Of a stretch of 64,000 bases of DNA, positions 13,101-21,920 are shown piece after piece. This stretch comes from Candidatus Hydrogenedens sp. (GTDB taxonomy: Bacteria > Hydrogenedentota > Hydrogenedentia > Hydrogenedentales > Hydrogenedentaceae): the NCBI GenBank assembly GCA_049968235.1, contig JBMFRC010000001.1, positions 192,001-256,000 on the forward strand, given 5' to 3'. The position numbers were made by a program, and so were the translations under genes. Under the pieces are notes generated by a model. That model was not told where the DNA came from and did not search any database. It was given only the letters and a program-made list of their open reading frames with translations. Each line of letters begins with the position of its first letter. The first letter of the stretch is position 1.

Positions 13101-13372
13101 GAAAAGGAATAAGTAAATAATTCTACAAGTTCGTTCTCGTGATTGTTTAATGGGAATACATCTATAATTTTTTTACCGGGAAGAATTTGTAGGAAGGAAT
13201 TCCACTCTTTTTGAGTTCCATCAAAATAAAATGCTTCCCCACATACACGCACTGTCTCGTTATTACTTGTTTGGGTCGTTGTAAGCAAAAAAATATTTTC
13301 TGCCCAAACAATTATTGGTAAAAAGAAAACAATTTTTATTAAAATTATCCTAGAAAGTCTATTAATATACAT
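10172..13372 (-). CDS. large secreted protein with thrombospondin type-3-like Ca-binding repeats (DxDxDG) and C-terminal beta-rich domains
   Basis: 1066 aa, signal peptide; run of DTDGDG / DSDGDG / NRNGI repeats encoded around 10860..11100. Confidence 0.65.
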   Translation of the reverse strand: MYINRLSRIILIKIVFFLPIIVWAENIFLLTTTQTSNNETVRVCGEAFYFDGTQKEWNSFLQILPGKKIIDVFPLNNHENELVELFTYSFSEKEDSLQEDGIYYTLIDSSGRIKDVRFFVTGPNWEVMQVYPYTEPINSLRQYAIFQKNESGNISLGRVLLFVLDDNRFIQTPKSEIPIPFAPDIVSPFNEKGMWVIEKSNFWGTPQFYIVDGYLKMSRPFLSDVFLEECSVQEIFPIQDSFFIVMTSCWDNGSSRGNKSEISMFDTKNGVKLNEPLTLYGEGNIQEKNIYPAIDGFWIKTTSFSEGFGYLTFAKWEPIGGWEKKLEYSFSGIEDSWQISVNPSQKIVAVAYNNRLEIVGEPFDISWVDKFEEPITYLNWLSDTTLNVGMGGRLIQINVNDKSKKEWLLTNTGFIKYLFPLAPKNPSLPTDETENGIVIDELYFQSERAGKDVRGILLGKQHPAIIDWEITYINNPVDWLLWYRNNYFDNTYLYLGLIPYSWSKYIPSVWLNIKPIVNQELVNNNFSVSSNHYVRVHVVRNSINLRRILFVWAQSIPESFRSHKDPREIKLLVEILSGAPYFFSCEEISEPIEKDVLTNYGIVIIEAKAIASGMINIKDLLDYVFQGGRLLILGDYYPEGDSDLFNYWLTPLGVSYNPKQRFDGKLPVEIANIPDFEGKEFSIIGGGTLKSISSANYAFPPPNKDSVSTAKQVACLSRNYGYGKIVILSARTPLSSINLPNNDNKSFAINLFQGLTYSEMGIEDTDGDGLFDIVEDRNRNGIVDEGETNLYVQDSDGDGIPDGNEDRNRNGIWDENETDPTCNDSDGDGIWDGADVSPVPVLGKQIITRIEPSEAFAEGGNVVFIQGRNFTNDTQFVFGTLISPSVRIISPKFAIAVVPEFHQDEGGKVWVYAMEGKNKIKIEPGKLFLYKPRNKVVVKIYDASQPEKEENIIESTKKIQIIPSTKESTLNKVNFLLHMQRGGLPELKADDNRWSVKVNAIKDEWFLVVAEWKKPGPAYGTFSFEILPKYKTPRIQSEGRIVPEIVKVWAETIYRGRLSVEIQMDN

Positions 13373-13437
13373 ATTTATCTTTTCTTATTATTTCAATAAA
13401 TATAAACGCTTTATATATACAGAATAAAACCAATTTT

Positions 13438-13917
13438 ATGGAACATATACCCGCATATCCCAACTGGGAACATTTGAAAGAATTACTGGAAGAATGTTCT
13501 ACCTCAGACAATATTTCTATATCAGAATCGAAAACTGAGAAAAAAATTACTTTTTCAGAGAATAATTTTTCTGCCCCCAATTGTAAAGAAGAAACAGAAC
13601 CCAGTAATGATATAACAGAAATTATAAATAAAATAAAGAAACTGGAGGAAACCGTTAAAGAACAGAATCAGATTATACGGGTAAAAAATGCATATATTAA
13701 TGTATTAGAACAAAAGTTAAAAAAATTAAAAGAAAAACAGATTTCGGTGGAAGATACCACAAGTATTTCTATTACGGACAACCTTCCTCCCGATATTGAC
13801 TTAGATGATGAAATTGAAGTAAAAAATCCTATTGAGAAAATTGCAGATTTGCATCATTATTTACAAGAGATACACAAACAGATCCGTCTCTTAAAAAAGC
13901 GCACGGAGAATCAATAG
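13438..13917 (+). CDS. hypothetical acidic coiled-coil protein
   Basis: 159-aa ORF, heptad-rich Lys/Glu sequence; no recognisable domain. Confidence 0.4.
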   Translation: MEHIPAYPNWEHLKELLEECSTSDNISISESKTEKKITFSENNFSAPNCKEETEPSNDITEIINKIKKLEETVKEQNQIIRVKNAYINVLEQKLKKLKEKQISVEDTTSISITDNLPPDIDLDDEIEVKNPIEKIADLHHYLQEIHKQIRLLKKRTENQ

Positions 13918-14062
13918 GTTTATAAAATAGATTTAATTCTCCGTAAGAGATAACGAGAAAACTGTTAAAATGTTCCATAATTTATTTTCTATAATATTTT
14001 GTGATTGAATAAAACAAATTAGTTGTCTTTTTATCCTCGAAAAACTCGTCTGATTATATTTT

Positions 14063-15796
14063 ATGATTCCACAGGTCATTATTATTTACCAGCAAAAAGA
14101 GTGGCACTTTGAAAAGCCATTAGAAGTGATAGTTGCTTCTCGTATAGAGGAGATAGTGCCTTCCTTACGAAATGTTCAACAGAGGGTTGAACAGGGTAAA
14201 TATGCTGTAGGATGGGTTACATACGAATCAGGACCCGCTTTTGATAGTGCTTTTCCACAACAAAAACTATCTATTCCGGACTTGCCATTTGTTTGGTTTG
14301 GGATATTCGATGAACCGACTCAGCATCTACTTTCTCCTTGTCGTAATAAAGTGGAGAAACCTCCTATAGAATGGCAACCTCAGGTATCTAAGGAAGAATA
14401 TAAAAAAGTTATTGAGGATATTCATAAAAACATTTCTTACGGGAATGTGTATCAGGTAAATTACACATTTTCTTTCCATAGTAATTGGAATAATAATCTT
14501 ATCTCCCTTTTTTACCATTTATGTTTCGCACAGGGAGAAGGATATTTTGTCTACATACAAACAGATAATTATACGATTCTTTCCATATCTCCCGAATTAT
14601 TTTTTCATTATAAAAACGGGAAAATAACGCTAAAACCGATGAAAGGCACCCGTCCTCGTGGTAGATGGAATATAGAAAATAAGAACAATTTCTATGAACT
14701 ACAAAACGACCCCAAAGACCGTGCAGAAAATCTCATGATTGTGGATTTACTAAGGAATGATGTAGGAAAGATAGCCAATTTGGGGAGTGTTGAGGTGCCG
14801 GAATTATTTACTTGCGAACCTTATCGTACTGTCTGGCAGATGACTTCTACTATAAAGGCAAAAACAGATAAAAGTTGGGTAGATGTGATTCAAGCACTTT
14901 TCCCTTCAGGTTCGGTTACAGGTGCTCCAAAAATATATGCGATGAAACTCATCCAGCAATATGAACCATTTCCTCGTGGAATATATTGTGGAACTGTTGG
15001 ATGGATAACACCCCAAAATGAAGCGGTCTTTAATGTCGCTATACGGACTTTATTGTATCATCATAAGTCACAAACTGCTCGTTATTATGTTGGGAGTGGT
15101 ATTGTGTGGGACTCCGACCCAGACAAGGAATGGGAAGAATGTATTACTAAAGGGGCTATACTTAATAAGTTTCCGTCATATTTTGAACTCATTGAAACCA
15201 TGCGGGTCGAGAATGGAGAAATATTCCTGTTAGATTATCATCTCCGTAGACTCCAGGAAAGTGCCGACCGTTTTCTATTTCCTGTTTCTATCCCTCAACT
15301 AAAAGAAAAACTGCTTAATTATGTAAATACAGTAACTGACACTTTGTATCGAATGAAATTATCCATTTCGCCTGATGGCAAATTTTTTATTGAACACAAT
15401 TCTTCCATAGGTCCTGTAAAATTACGAGTAGGTCTGGCAAAAAATCCAATAAATTCGCAAAATTTGTTCCTATACCACAAAACCAGTTATCGCACAATAT
15501 ATGAGCAGGCACGGCAGGAACGACTGGACTGTGATGATGTCCTGTTATGGAATGAAAAAAGATATGTTACAGAGAGTACAATTGCCAATATTATTGTGCA
15601 ATTCGGTGACAGGATGTTCACACCGCCGATACATTGTGGATTATTGCCCGGAACCTTCCGTCAATATTTACTGGACACTCATCAAATAGAGGAACGGGAA
15701 ATATCTATAGAGGAACTGTATAAAGCGGATGCGATGTATCTGGTTAACTCAGTTCGTAAATGGATAGAAATTGTATTAGTAGAGACAAAATTATGA
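14063..15796 (+). CDS. pabBC: fused aminodeoxychorismate synthase component I / aminodeoxychorismate lyase (PabB-PabC)
   Basis: 577 aa; N-terminal chorismate-binding enzyme motifs (PMKGTRPRG, SGSVTGAPK, GxYCG), C-terminal ~200 aa class-IV aminotransferase fold. Confidence 0.78.
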   Translation: MIPQVIIIYQQKEWHFEKPLEVIVASRIEEIVPSLRNVQQRVEQGKYAVGWVTYESGPAFDSAFPQQKLSIPDLPFVWFGIFDEPTQHLLSPCRNKVEKPPIEWQPQVSKEEYKKVIEDIHKNISYGNVYQVNYTFSFHSNWNNNLISLFYHLCFAQGEGYFVYIQTDNYTILSISPELFFHYKNGKITLKPMKGTRPRGRWNIENKNNFYELQNDPKDRAENLMIVDLLRNDVGKIANLGSVEVPELFTCEPYRTVWQMTSTIKAKTDKSWVDVIQALFPSGSVTGAPKIYAMKLIQQYEPFPRGIYCGTVGWITPQNEAVFNVAIRTLLYHHKSQTARYYVGSGIVWDSDPDKEWEECITKGAILNKFPSYFELIETMRVENGEIFLLDYHLRRLQESADRFLFPVSIPQLKEKLLNYVNTVTDTLYRMKLSISPDGKFFIEHNSSIGPVKLRVGLAKNPINSQNLFLYHKTSYRTIYEQARQERLDCDDVLLWNEKRYVTESTIANIIVQFGDRMFTPPIHCGLLPGTFRQYLLDTHQIEEREISIEELYKADAMYLVNSVRKWIEIVLVETKL

Positions 15797-15933
15797 TAAA
15801 ATAAGTATTTATATTTAATCCTGTTATAATTGTAAAAAAATTGTAGTTATGAGAAACAAGAAGTTTAAATTCATTTGCTATATTTGATAAAGTATTAGCA
15901 AGTAGGAAAAACTGAATATAAAGGGAATGACTT

Positions 15934-16530
15934 ATGGCGCTGAGCAAGAAACAGCAGAAAATTGTTGATGTGTTAAATAAAAGAGTGGAGTTATGCCGGG
16001 AATTTTTAAATGACTGGCTTTTATTTAATCAATTAATTAATGCATATCCGAGTCCGGGGGCAAATAAAGCTCAGTTGGAAAACCAATTTTTAAAGATAAA
16101 AAGTAAGATAGCCCGCACTCATAAAGTATTAAAAGAGATGCTGATGGAAGACTATCAAATCGATGCCAATCTGATGAATATCGTTTCTGCATCTACCAGT
16201 CTGGAAGCGATTTATAGCCAGTCGGAAGTTTCCGTAAAAAAGATGCAACAGGAGTGGCATCGTGCATTTATAAGTATTAATGAAACTTTAGGTCTGCTGG
16301 AAGATAAAAAAGCCCGTGCAGAAGCCGGTGAAAAGGTAAATGTAATGATGATGGGCGAAGGTGGACTTATCGGCGGTGGCGGTGGTGGTCTTTCGGATAA
16401 TCAGAAGACATTTCTAATTATTGCTGCGGTAATTGCAGGACTTGTTGCGGTTTATTTTATTGACCCATTTGGAATTGCTACTCTCTGGTTAAATTCGCTG
16501 AAGAGTCTTGCGGGTGTTCCTATTCAATAA
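15934..16530 (+). CDS. hypothetical protein with Gly-rich linker and C-terminal TM anchor
   Basis: 198-aa ORF, GGLIGGGGGG tract then hydrophobic tail. Confidence 0.4.
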   Translation: MALSKKQQKIVDVLNKRVELCREFLNDWLLFNQLINAYPSPGANKAQLENQFLKIKSKIARTHKVLKEMLMEDYQIDANLMNIVSASTSLEAIYSQSEVSVKKMQQEWHRAFISINETLGLLEDKKARAEAGEKVNVMMMGEGGLIGGGGGGLSDNQKTFLIIAAVIAGLVAVYFIDPFGIATLWLNSLKSLAGVPIQ

Positions 16531-16686
16531 GTTTTAATATCAAACCTAAAAAATTCCGCCCTTCTTTTATGAAATTTTGTTTTTTTTGTCCAAAATGTAT
16601 ATGCTCTTCCCGTTTTGATAGAATAGATTTAAGTTTGTGTTATGAAATAACCAATAAAAAATTTCGATAAATTTTTATCATCCATT

Positions 16687-17541
16687 GTGATGCGAAAGGA
16701 TGGTCTGCCCGTGTGGGAAGATGAAAAGAAAATGACATTTACGGAACATCTGGCGGAATTGAGAATACGGATCATCCGTTCAGGGGTAGCAGTAATTATT
16801 GCTATGGTCGTGTGTTATATCTTCTCTAACACTATTTTAGAGGGATTACAAAAGCCACTGACTTTACTAAAAGATTTAGGAATAGTTATTTTTGCTGATA
16901 ACGAAACAAAAAACCATACGGAAAATCCCACAGGAAAGGTAGAAAATAATACAGAGAACAAAGGCAGTTCTGATGAAATAAAGATGGTTGTATTAAACCC
17001 CTTTGAAATTGTGATATTAAAAATTAAAGTTGCAGGTTATGGAGGGTTAATACTGGCTTTACCCTATATAATATGGCAGGCATGTGCTTTTGTTTTTCCG
17101 GGACTAAAACCAAATGAGAGAAAACTGGTAAAAATTATACTATTTGGTTGCAGTTCTCTGGGTATTATTGGCGTTGTTGTTGCGTATTTTGGTGTAATAC
17201 CTCTCGTTATTCCTTATCTGTTGCAATGGATACCTCCAGGTTGGGATATCCAGTTACGGGCAAATGAAACCCTCTCTATAATCGTTTTACTGCTCTTTGG
17301 CTTTGCCCTTGCTTTTCAATTCCCTATGGTAATATTAGCATTAGTATATCTCGATTTGTTAAATCCAGACACTTTACGGAAACTACGTAAATATGTTATT
17401 GTTGGTTTAAGTATAGTATCTGCTATATTAACTCCGCCTGACCCCATCTCTATGATAATAATGTTGGTACCCCTTGTGGTTCTATATGAAATCAGTATCT
17501 GGGCATCATATTTAATCCGTAAAACACCACAAACCACATAA
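16687..17541 (+). CDS. tatC: twin-arginine translocase subunit TatC (start likely internal Met ~16732)
   Basis: 284 aa, six TM helices, HLxELRxR N-terminal TatC motif. Confidence 0.88.
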   Translation: MMRKDGLPVWEDEKKMTFTEHLAELRIRIIRSGVAVIIAMVVCYIFSNTILEGLQKPLTLLKDLGIVIFADNETKNHTENPTGKVENNTENKGSSDEIKMVVLNPFEIVILKIKVAGYGGLILALPYIIWQACAFVFPGLKPNERKLVKIILFGCSSLGIIGVVVAYFGVIPLVIPYLLQWIPPGWDIQLRANETLSIIVLLLFGFALAFQFPMVILALVYLDLLNPDTLRKLRKYVIVGLSIVSAILTPPDPISMIIMLVPLVVLYEISIWASYLIRKTPQTT

Positions 17542-17558
17542 CAAAAGGAGCATTCCTG

Positions 17559-18116
17559 ATGGTAGGCATTGGTTTTACAGAAATGATAATCATTGCAGGG
17601 ATTGCTCTGGTTGTTCTTGGACCGGAAAAATTTCCAGAGTTCGCAAAGATTGCTATTCGTGCTATCCGTGATATACGGGGTTACTTTGAAGAAATAAAGA
17701 CAGAGATTGCCAAAGAGGTAAAACCTTTAGAGAAAGAATTGAATGAGTTAACCAAAAAGAGTAATGAACTATATCGTGAAATACTTACAGAAACCGACCC
17801 ATCTTATACCTCTAAAGGATATACACCGTCAACGAATTATATGGAACATTCTTATCATACGGATATAGAAAAGAAGGAAGAAAAACAGGACAACATTACT
17901 TCGGAAGGGGTATCTGAAGATACAATAGGTGCAGAAAGTGACACTACTAATAATCATGAAATAGAAGAGCCTTATGACCCGGATATCCCACAGGCTGATT
18001 TACAAGAAAAAAGACGGATAACTCCTCATAATGATGAAGAATTTCATGAGACACATGAAAAAGACGATATTAATAACGGGAGTGATATTCAATTCCCCGA
18101 ACGATTAGACGGCTAA
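17559..18116 (+). CDS. tatB: Tat translocase TatA/TatB-family protein (TatB-like long form)
   Basis: 185 aa; N-terminal TM helix followed by amphipathic helix (GPEKFPEFAKIAIRA) and acidic tail; downstream of tatC. Confidence 0.72.
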   Translation: MVGIGFTEMIIIAGIALVVLGPEKFPEFAKIAIRAIRDIRGYFEEIKTEIAKEVKPLEKELNELTKKSNELYREILTETDPSYTSKGYTPSTNYMEHSYHTDIEKKEEKQDNITSEGVSEDTIGAESDTTNNHEIEEPYDPDIPQADLQEKRRITPHNDEEFHETHEKDDINNGSDIQFPERLDG

Positions 18117-18168
18117 AACATTACTACTGGACTCAATAATGGGGGTATTTTCGAATTTTTATTTTTCC

Positions 18169-18669
18169 TTAATCTCTTTTCCGACTTCGGCTTTGACGAA
18201 TAGCATTTGCCTTATAGAACATGGCTGGCTCAATTATCGGGTCATGCAACCCTTCCGTTTCAATTCCACCAAAACAAACCCGCCCACGATAAGTGCGATT
18301 GGAAAGGATAATGGATATTGCCTGTCGAGACCATTTCTTCCCTTGACGGGTAAAAATCCCTTTAGAGTGCAGATAATCTACAACCCTGCCCGTGCTACGC
18401 GTCCGTATATATTCTCGGAAAATCATGCGAACAATTTCTGCTTCATAATCATCAACAACTAAAGGTTTTTCTCCTTCTTCACCACGGCGATAACCATACG
18501 GAGCCGGACCGGTTCCATATCTTCCCTGTTGAACGGAAGCAATTTGTCCACGACGCACCCGCTCTCCATGAGTTAAAAGATTTTTTACTGATGATTCCGG
18601 TTCTTTTATGGAAACTATCTCCGTAATGCTTCCTTTATGTTTCATTTCCTCTTTGCGCAACTTACTCAT
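18169..18669 (-). pseudogene. fragment of a large serine recombinase (recombinase domain only; catalytic resolvase domain and Zn-ribbon/coiled-coil absent)
   Basis: 166 aa; GRYGTGPAPYGYRR and IVRMIFREY...NRTYRG motifs typical of the PF07508 recombinase domain; no in-frame upstream ORF for the Ser catalytic domain. Confidence 0.55.
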
Positions 18670-18845
18670 ATTTCCGTCCTATTCCTACTTATTTTTATTA
18701 TGTATGCCAACTATTTATTATCCTTTATGCCCAAATTTATAATTTCGATTTGTAATCTTATGTATATAGTTTATAACATTTTTACATAAATGTCAAGAAA
18801 AAATCCAGTTTAATTCCTAATTTTATTAGAAAAAATTTCACTTGT

Positions 18846-19874
18846 TTGGTTTCAAAAATGATTGCAAAATATTTCAATCTTATAAGTCAGGTAATACATA
18901 GTGCTGTTATACTACTTTGCTCTTATATTGTTGCAGTGTACATTGAACCTATCATTTATATAATAGGTTATCTGCCTATCGAAACAGGAAAAATATTCTG
19001 GGTGTATTTTTCAATAATATCTGTCTTTTGCCTTATCCAGATATTATTTCGTGGACTATTACAACTGCTATTTTCTGCACCAATGATAACAACATCCTTT
19101 GTGGATATCCTATCTTTTTCCCCCTGCCTCATTCTGATTGGAGATATGAGCGGATACTTCTCTGAAATTCCGTATATACCCGAACGGATTGCTCCTCTTT
19201 TTTATTTGTGTATTTTTACTGCATTGCATCTCTTTTTGAAGTTAATAACTTTATTTACATCCATATATGGTAAAGCCGATTCCCGCTGGTATTCATTGGG
19301 TTGGTTTCTTATTGTCTTTTTACTTACATATACATCATTGGTAGGATTTATACAATGGAAGTATAGTCTTATACAACATCGTTTTTTCCAGGTTAAAACA
19401 TCGGTTGTGATTTCAGATAACACTGGCAAGATAACAACTACAGAAGTTCCCGAAGGAAGTTTTTTAATACAACCAACTTCAGTTTCAAGCAAAGATAATT
19501 GTCAATGGTTTATCCGTGCGGGAAATAAATTTTTATCCACAGCGAATATTTACCTGTATATTATATTTCTCGACAATCGATTGTCCCCGTGTATTCTCCC
19601 CTTACAGGTTTTGCGGGATACATGGATAGAAATATGTATAGATGATTGCCTCCCTGAATACAGGTCAAATTTCATTATTTCCTGGTCAAGTTATCGATTG
19701 CCTGTTTTTATTGTTCGGCATGGATTAACACCTCAATTTTCATTGAAATCATTAGAAGAGGCTCGTAATTTTTTATTTTCCTCACAGAAAACCGAAAAAG
19801 CGATATATAAATCTATTTACATCGATGGACCTTATTGCCCAAGAGAAGTAACTGGTGAAGTTACAATTAAATAA
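18846..19874 (+). CDS. hypothetical integral membrane protein (multi-TM N-terminus, soluble C-terminal domain)
   Basis: 342-aa ORF, ~6 hydrophobic helices; no recognisable motif. Confidence 0.45.
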   Translation: MVSKMIAKYFNLISQVIHSAVILLCSYIVAVYIEPIIYIIGYLPIETGKIFWVYFSIISVFCLIQILFRGLLQLLFSAPMITTSFVDILSFSPCLILIGDMSGYFSEIPYIPERIAPLFYLCIFTALHLFLKLITLFTSIYGKADSRWYSLGWFLIVFLLTYTSLVGFIQWKYSLIQHRFFQVKTSVVISDNTGKITTTEVPEGSFLIQPTSVSSKDNCQWFIRAGNKFLSTANIYLYIIFLDNRLSPCILPLQVLRDTWIEICIDDCLPEYRSNFIISWSSYRLPVFIVRHGLTPQFSLKSLEEARNFLFSSQKTEKAIYKSIYIDGPYCPREVTGEVTIK

Positions 19875-19949
19875 GGTAAGAATTTATTCTAAAAAATTCA
19901 TTATAATTAAAGCACAGCACACATATAATTATAGAATTAGGTAATAGAT

Positions 19950-20834
19950 ATGAATTTAGTTTCTCTTTATAAACAAGGTAAACCTGTAGTTTCGTTTGAA
20001 TTTTTTCCGCCAAAGACATGGCAGGGTATTGCAGAACTGTATGAGCATTTTCGCGAATTGATGAAATGTAATCCTGGCTATATTACCTGCACTTATGGGG
20101 CAGGTGGTAATACAACCCTCAATGAAGCTCAAAAGCGAACATTGGAAGTGCTTCGCTGGGTAAGAGGGGATTATCCGGATATTCCTGTGGTTTCTCATTT
20201 AACCTGTGTAAATGCAACACAAATGGACTTACGAAACTATTTGTGTAAGGTAAAAGAGTTGTCAGTTTCAGGGGTTGTGGCTTTGCGAGGAGATGCGCCC
20301 GGTAATATACATAGGTTTATTCCTACTCCGAATGGTTTTCGATATGCAGTAGAATTGGTTCGATTGATTAAATCTGAATTTCCAGAGTTTAATATCCTTG
20401 TTGGAGGATACCCGGAAAAACATCCGGAGGCTCCCAGTCTGGAAGAGGATATACGACACTTAAAAGAGAAAGTGGATGCGGGTGGTGAAATTATTCTTAC
20501 ACAACTATTTTACAACAATGAAGATTTTTACCATTTTCGTGATTTATGTGAAAAAGCGAAGATTTATGTTCCGATTGTCCCCGGCATATTACCTGTGACC
20601 AATTTGGCTCAGGTAAAAAGGATTACATCTTTGTGTGGTGCGAAATTAACACCTGTCTTGTTGGAACGATTGGAGAAACATGAAAAAGATGAAGAAGGAC
20701 AATTTTCGGTGGGGGTATATTATGCCACTCGACAGGTAGAAGATTTAATTCAACAGGGAGTACCGGGTATCCATTTTTATGTGTTAAATAAATCCCGGGC
20801 AGCAGTTCATATTTGTCGTGCCCTTACATTATAA
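19950..20834 (+). CDS. metF: 5,10-methylenetetrahydrofolate reductase
   Basis: 294 aa; SFEFFPPKT, TYGAGG, SHLTC MetF motifs. Confidence 0.88.
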   Translation: MNLVSLYKQGKPVVSFEFFPPKTWQGIAELYEHFRELMKCNPGYITCTYGAGGNTTLNEAQKRTLEVLRWVRGDYPDIPVVSHLTCVNATQMDLRNYLCKVKELSVSGVVALRGDAPGNIHRFIPTPNGFRYAVELVRLIKSEFPEFNILVGGYPEKHPEAPSLEEDIRHLKEKVDAGGEIILTQLFYNNEDFYHFRDLCEKAKIYVPIVPGILPVTNLAQVKRITSLCGAKLTPVLLERLEKHEKDEEGQFSVGVYYATRQVEDLIQQGVPGIHFYVLNKSRAAVHICRALTL

Positions 20835-20838
20835 TGAT

Positions 20839-20873
20839 TGTCGGACCCGTCGGCTCGACGAACTCGTCAGACA
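20839..20873. repeat. intergenic stem-loop, copy A (8-bp stem TGTCGGAC/GTCAGACA with 19-nt loop containing CGTCGG...CGAAC)
   Basis: seen directly; lies between metF stop and next start; shares stem and loop words with copies at 28664 and 41555. Confidence 0.4.
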
Positions 20874-20891
20874 TAAAATAGGAAAAAAATT

Positions 20892-21920
20892 ATGGCATTT
20901 TTAGAGGTTGTAAAAAATTCTAAAAAAACATTATGTGCTCCTTTCGTTAGTTTCCCCGGTACTGTGTTCACGAATTCCACAGTAAAGGAAAATCTCAACA
21001 ATGGTAAATTACAGGCAACAAGCATCATCGCCCTTCAAAAAACTTGTAATTTTGATGTTATCTTTCCCATGATGGATTTGACTGTGGAAGCAGAAGCAAT
21101 GGGTGCCTGTATCAATTGGGAAATTGACGAACTCCCTGCTGTAACAGGGAAAACTGTCCTTGATACAAATGATGTAAAAAATCTACCAATCCCCGAAGTT
21201 GGAGAAGGAAATAGATTGGGCGTTTTTGTAGAGACATGTAAGGAATTAAGAAAAGAATTTTCGGACAAATGGGTATGGGGATATGTTCTTGGTCCCTTTT
21301 CTATTGCAGGTCGATTGATGGGAATGACAGAAATTTCCATTGCTATAAAACTGGAACCTGAACTTGTACATCAAATACTGGAAAAAGTAAACACATTAAT
21401 AGAAAAATATGCATCTGCACTACTTGCAATGGGAATCGATGGACTGGTAATACTGGAACCTGCATCGGGAATGCTGGACGAATATGACGCAAATGAATTT
21501 TCCAATAACTATATTAAGAGAACAGTAAACCTAATTAAAGACAAAGGGAAGATTCCCATTTTGCATAATTGTGGAAAAGTTCTTCATCTTGTTGAAAGTC
21601 TATGTGCCACAGGCATACAAGCGTTACATGTAGGTTCGGTAACAGAACCGTATGATATTTATCCACGCATTCCCGATGATATTGTGTTAATGGGAAATCT
21701 AAACCCGACAGAAATATTCTTGCAAGGAACGCCTGAGAAACTTAAAGATGCAACAATAACTTTGCTTAAACAGATGGCAGGATATAACCGATTTGTAATC
21801 TCCTCGGGATGTGATATTCCACCGGGGACACCTATAGAAAATTTAAAAGTATTTAAAGAAGTAGTAGATTCAATAAAGCATTCTATGAACAATGATTCCC
21901 AAAAGGGAATATCTCTATGA
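20892..21920 (+). CDS. uroporphyrinogen-decarboxylase (URO-D) family protein, possibly corrinoid/other methyltransferase (MtaA/CmuA-like)
   Basis: 342 aa; URO-D/MtaA-like TIM-barrel sequence; stop overlaps next start (ATGA). Confidence 0.7.
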   Translation: MAFLEVVKNSKKTLCAPFVSFPGTVFTNSTVKENLNNGKLQATSIIALQKTCNFDVIFPMMDLTVEAEAMGACINWEIDELPAVTGKTVLDTNDVKNLPIPEVGEGNRLGVFVETCKELRKEFSDKWVWGYVLGPFSIAGRLMGMTEISIAIKLEPELVHQILEKVNTLIEKYASALLAMGIDGLVILEPASGMLDEYDANEFSNNYIKRTVNLIKDKGKIPILHNCGKVLHLVESLCATGIQALHVGSVTEPYDIYPRIPDDIVLMGNLNPTEIFLQGTPEKLKDATITLLKQMAGYNRFVISSGCDIPPGTPIENLKVFKEVVDSIKHSMNNDSQKGISL

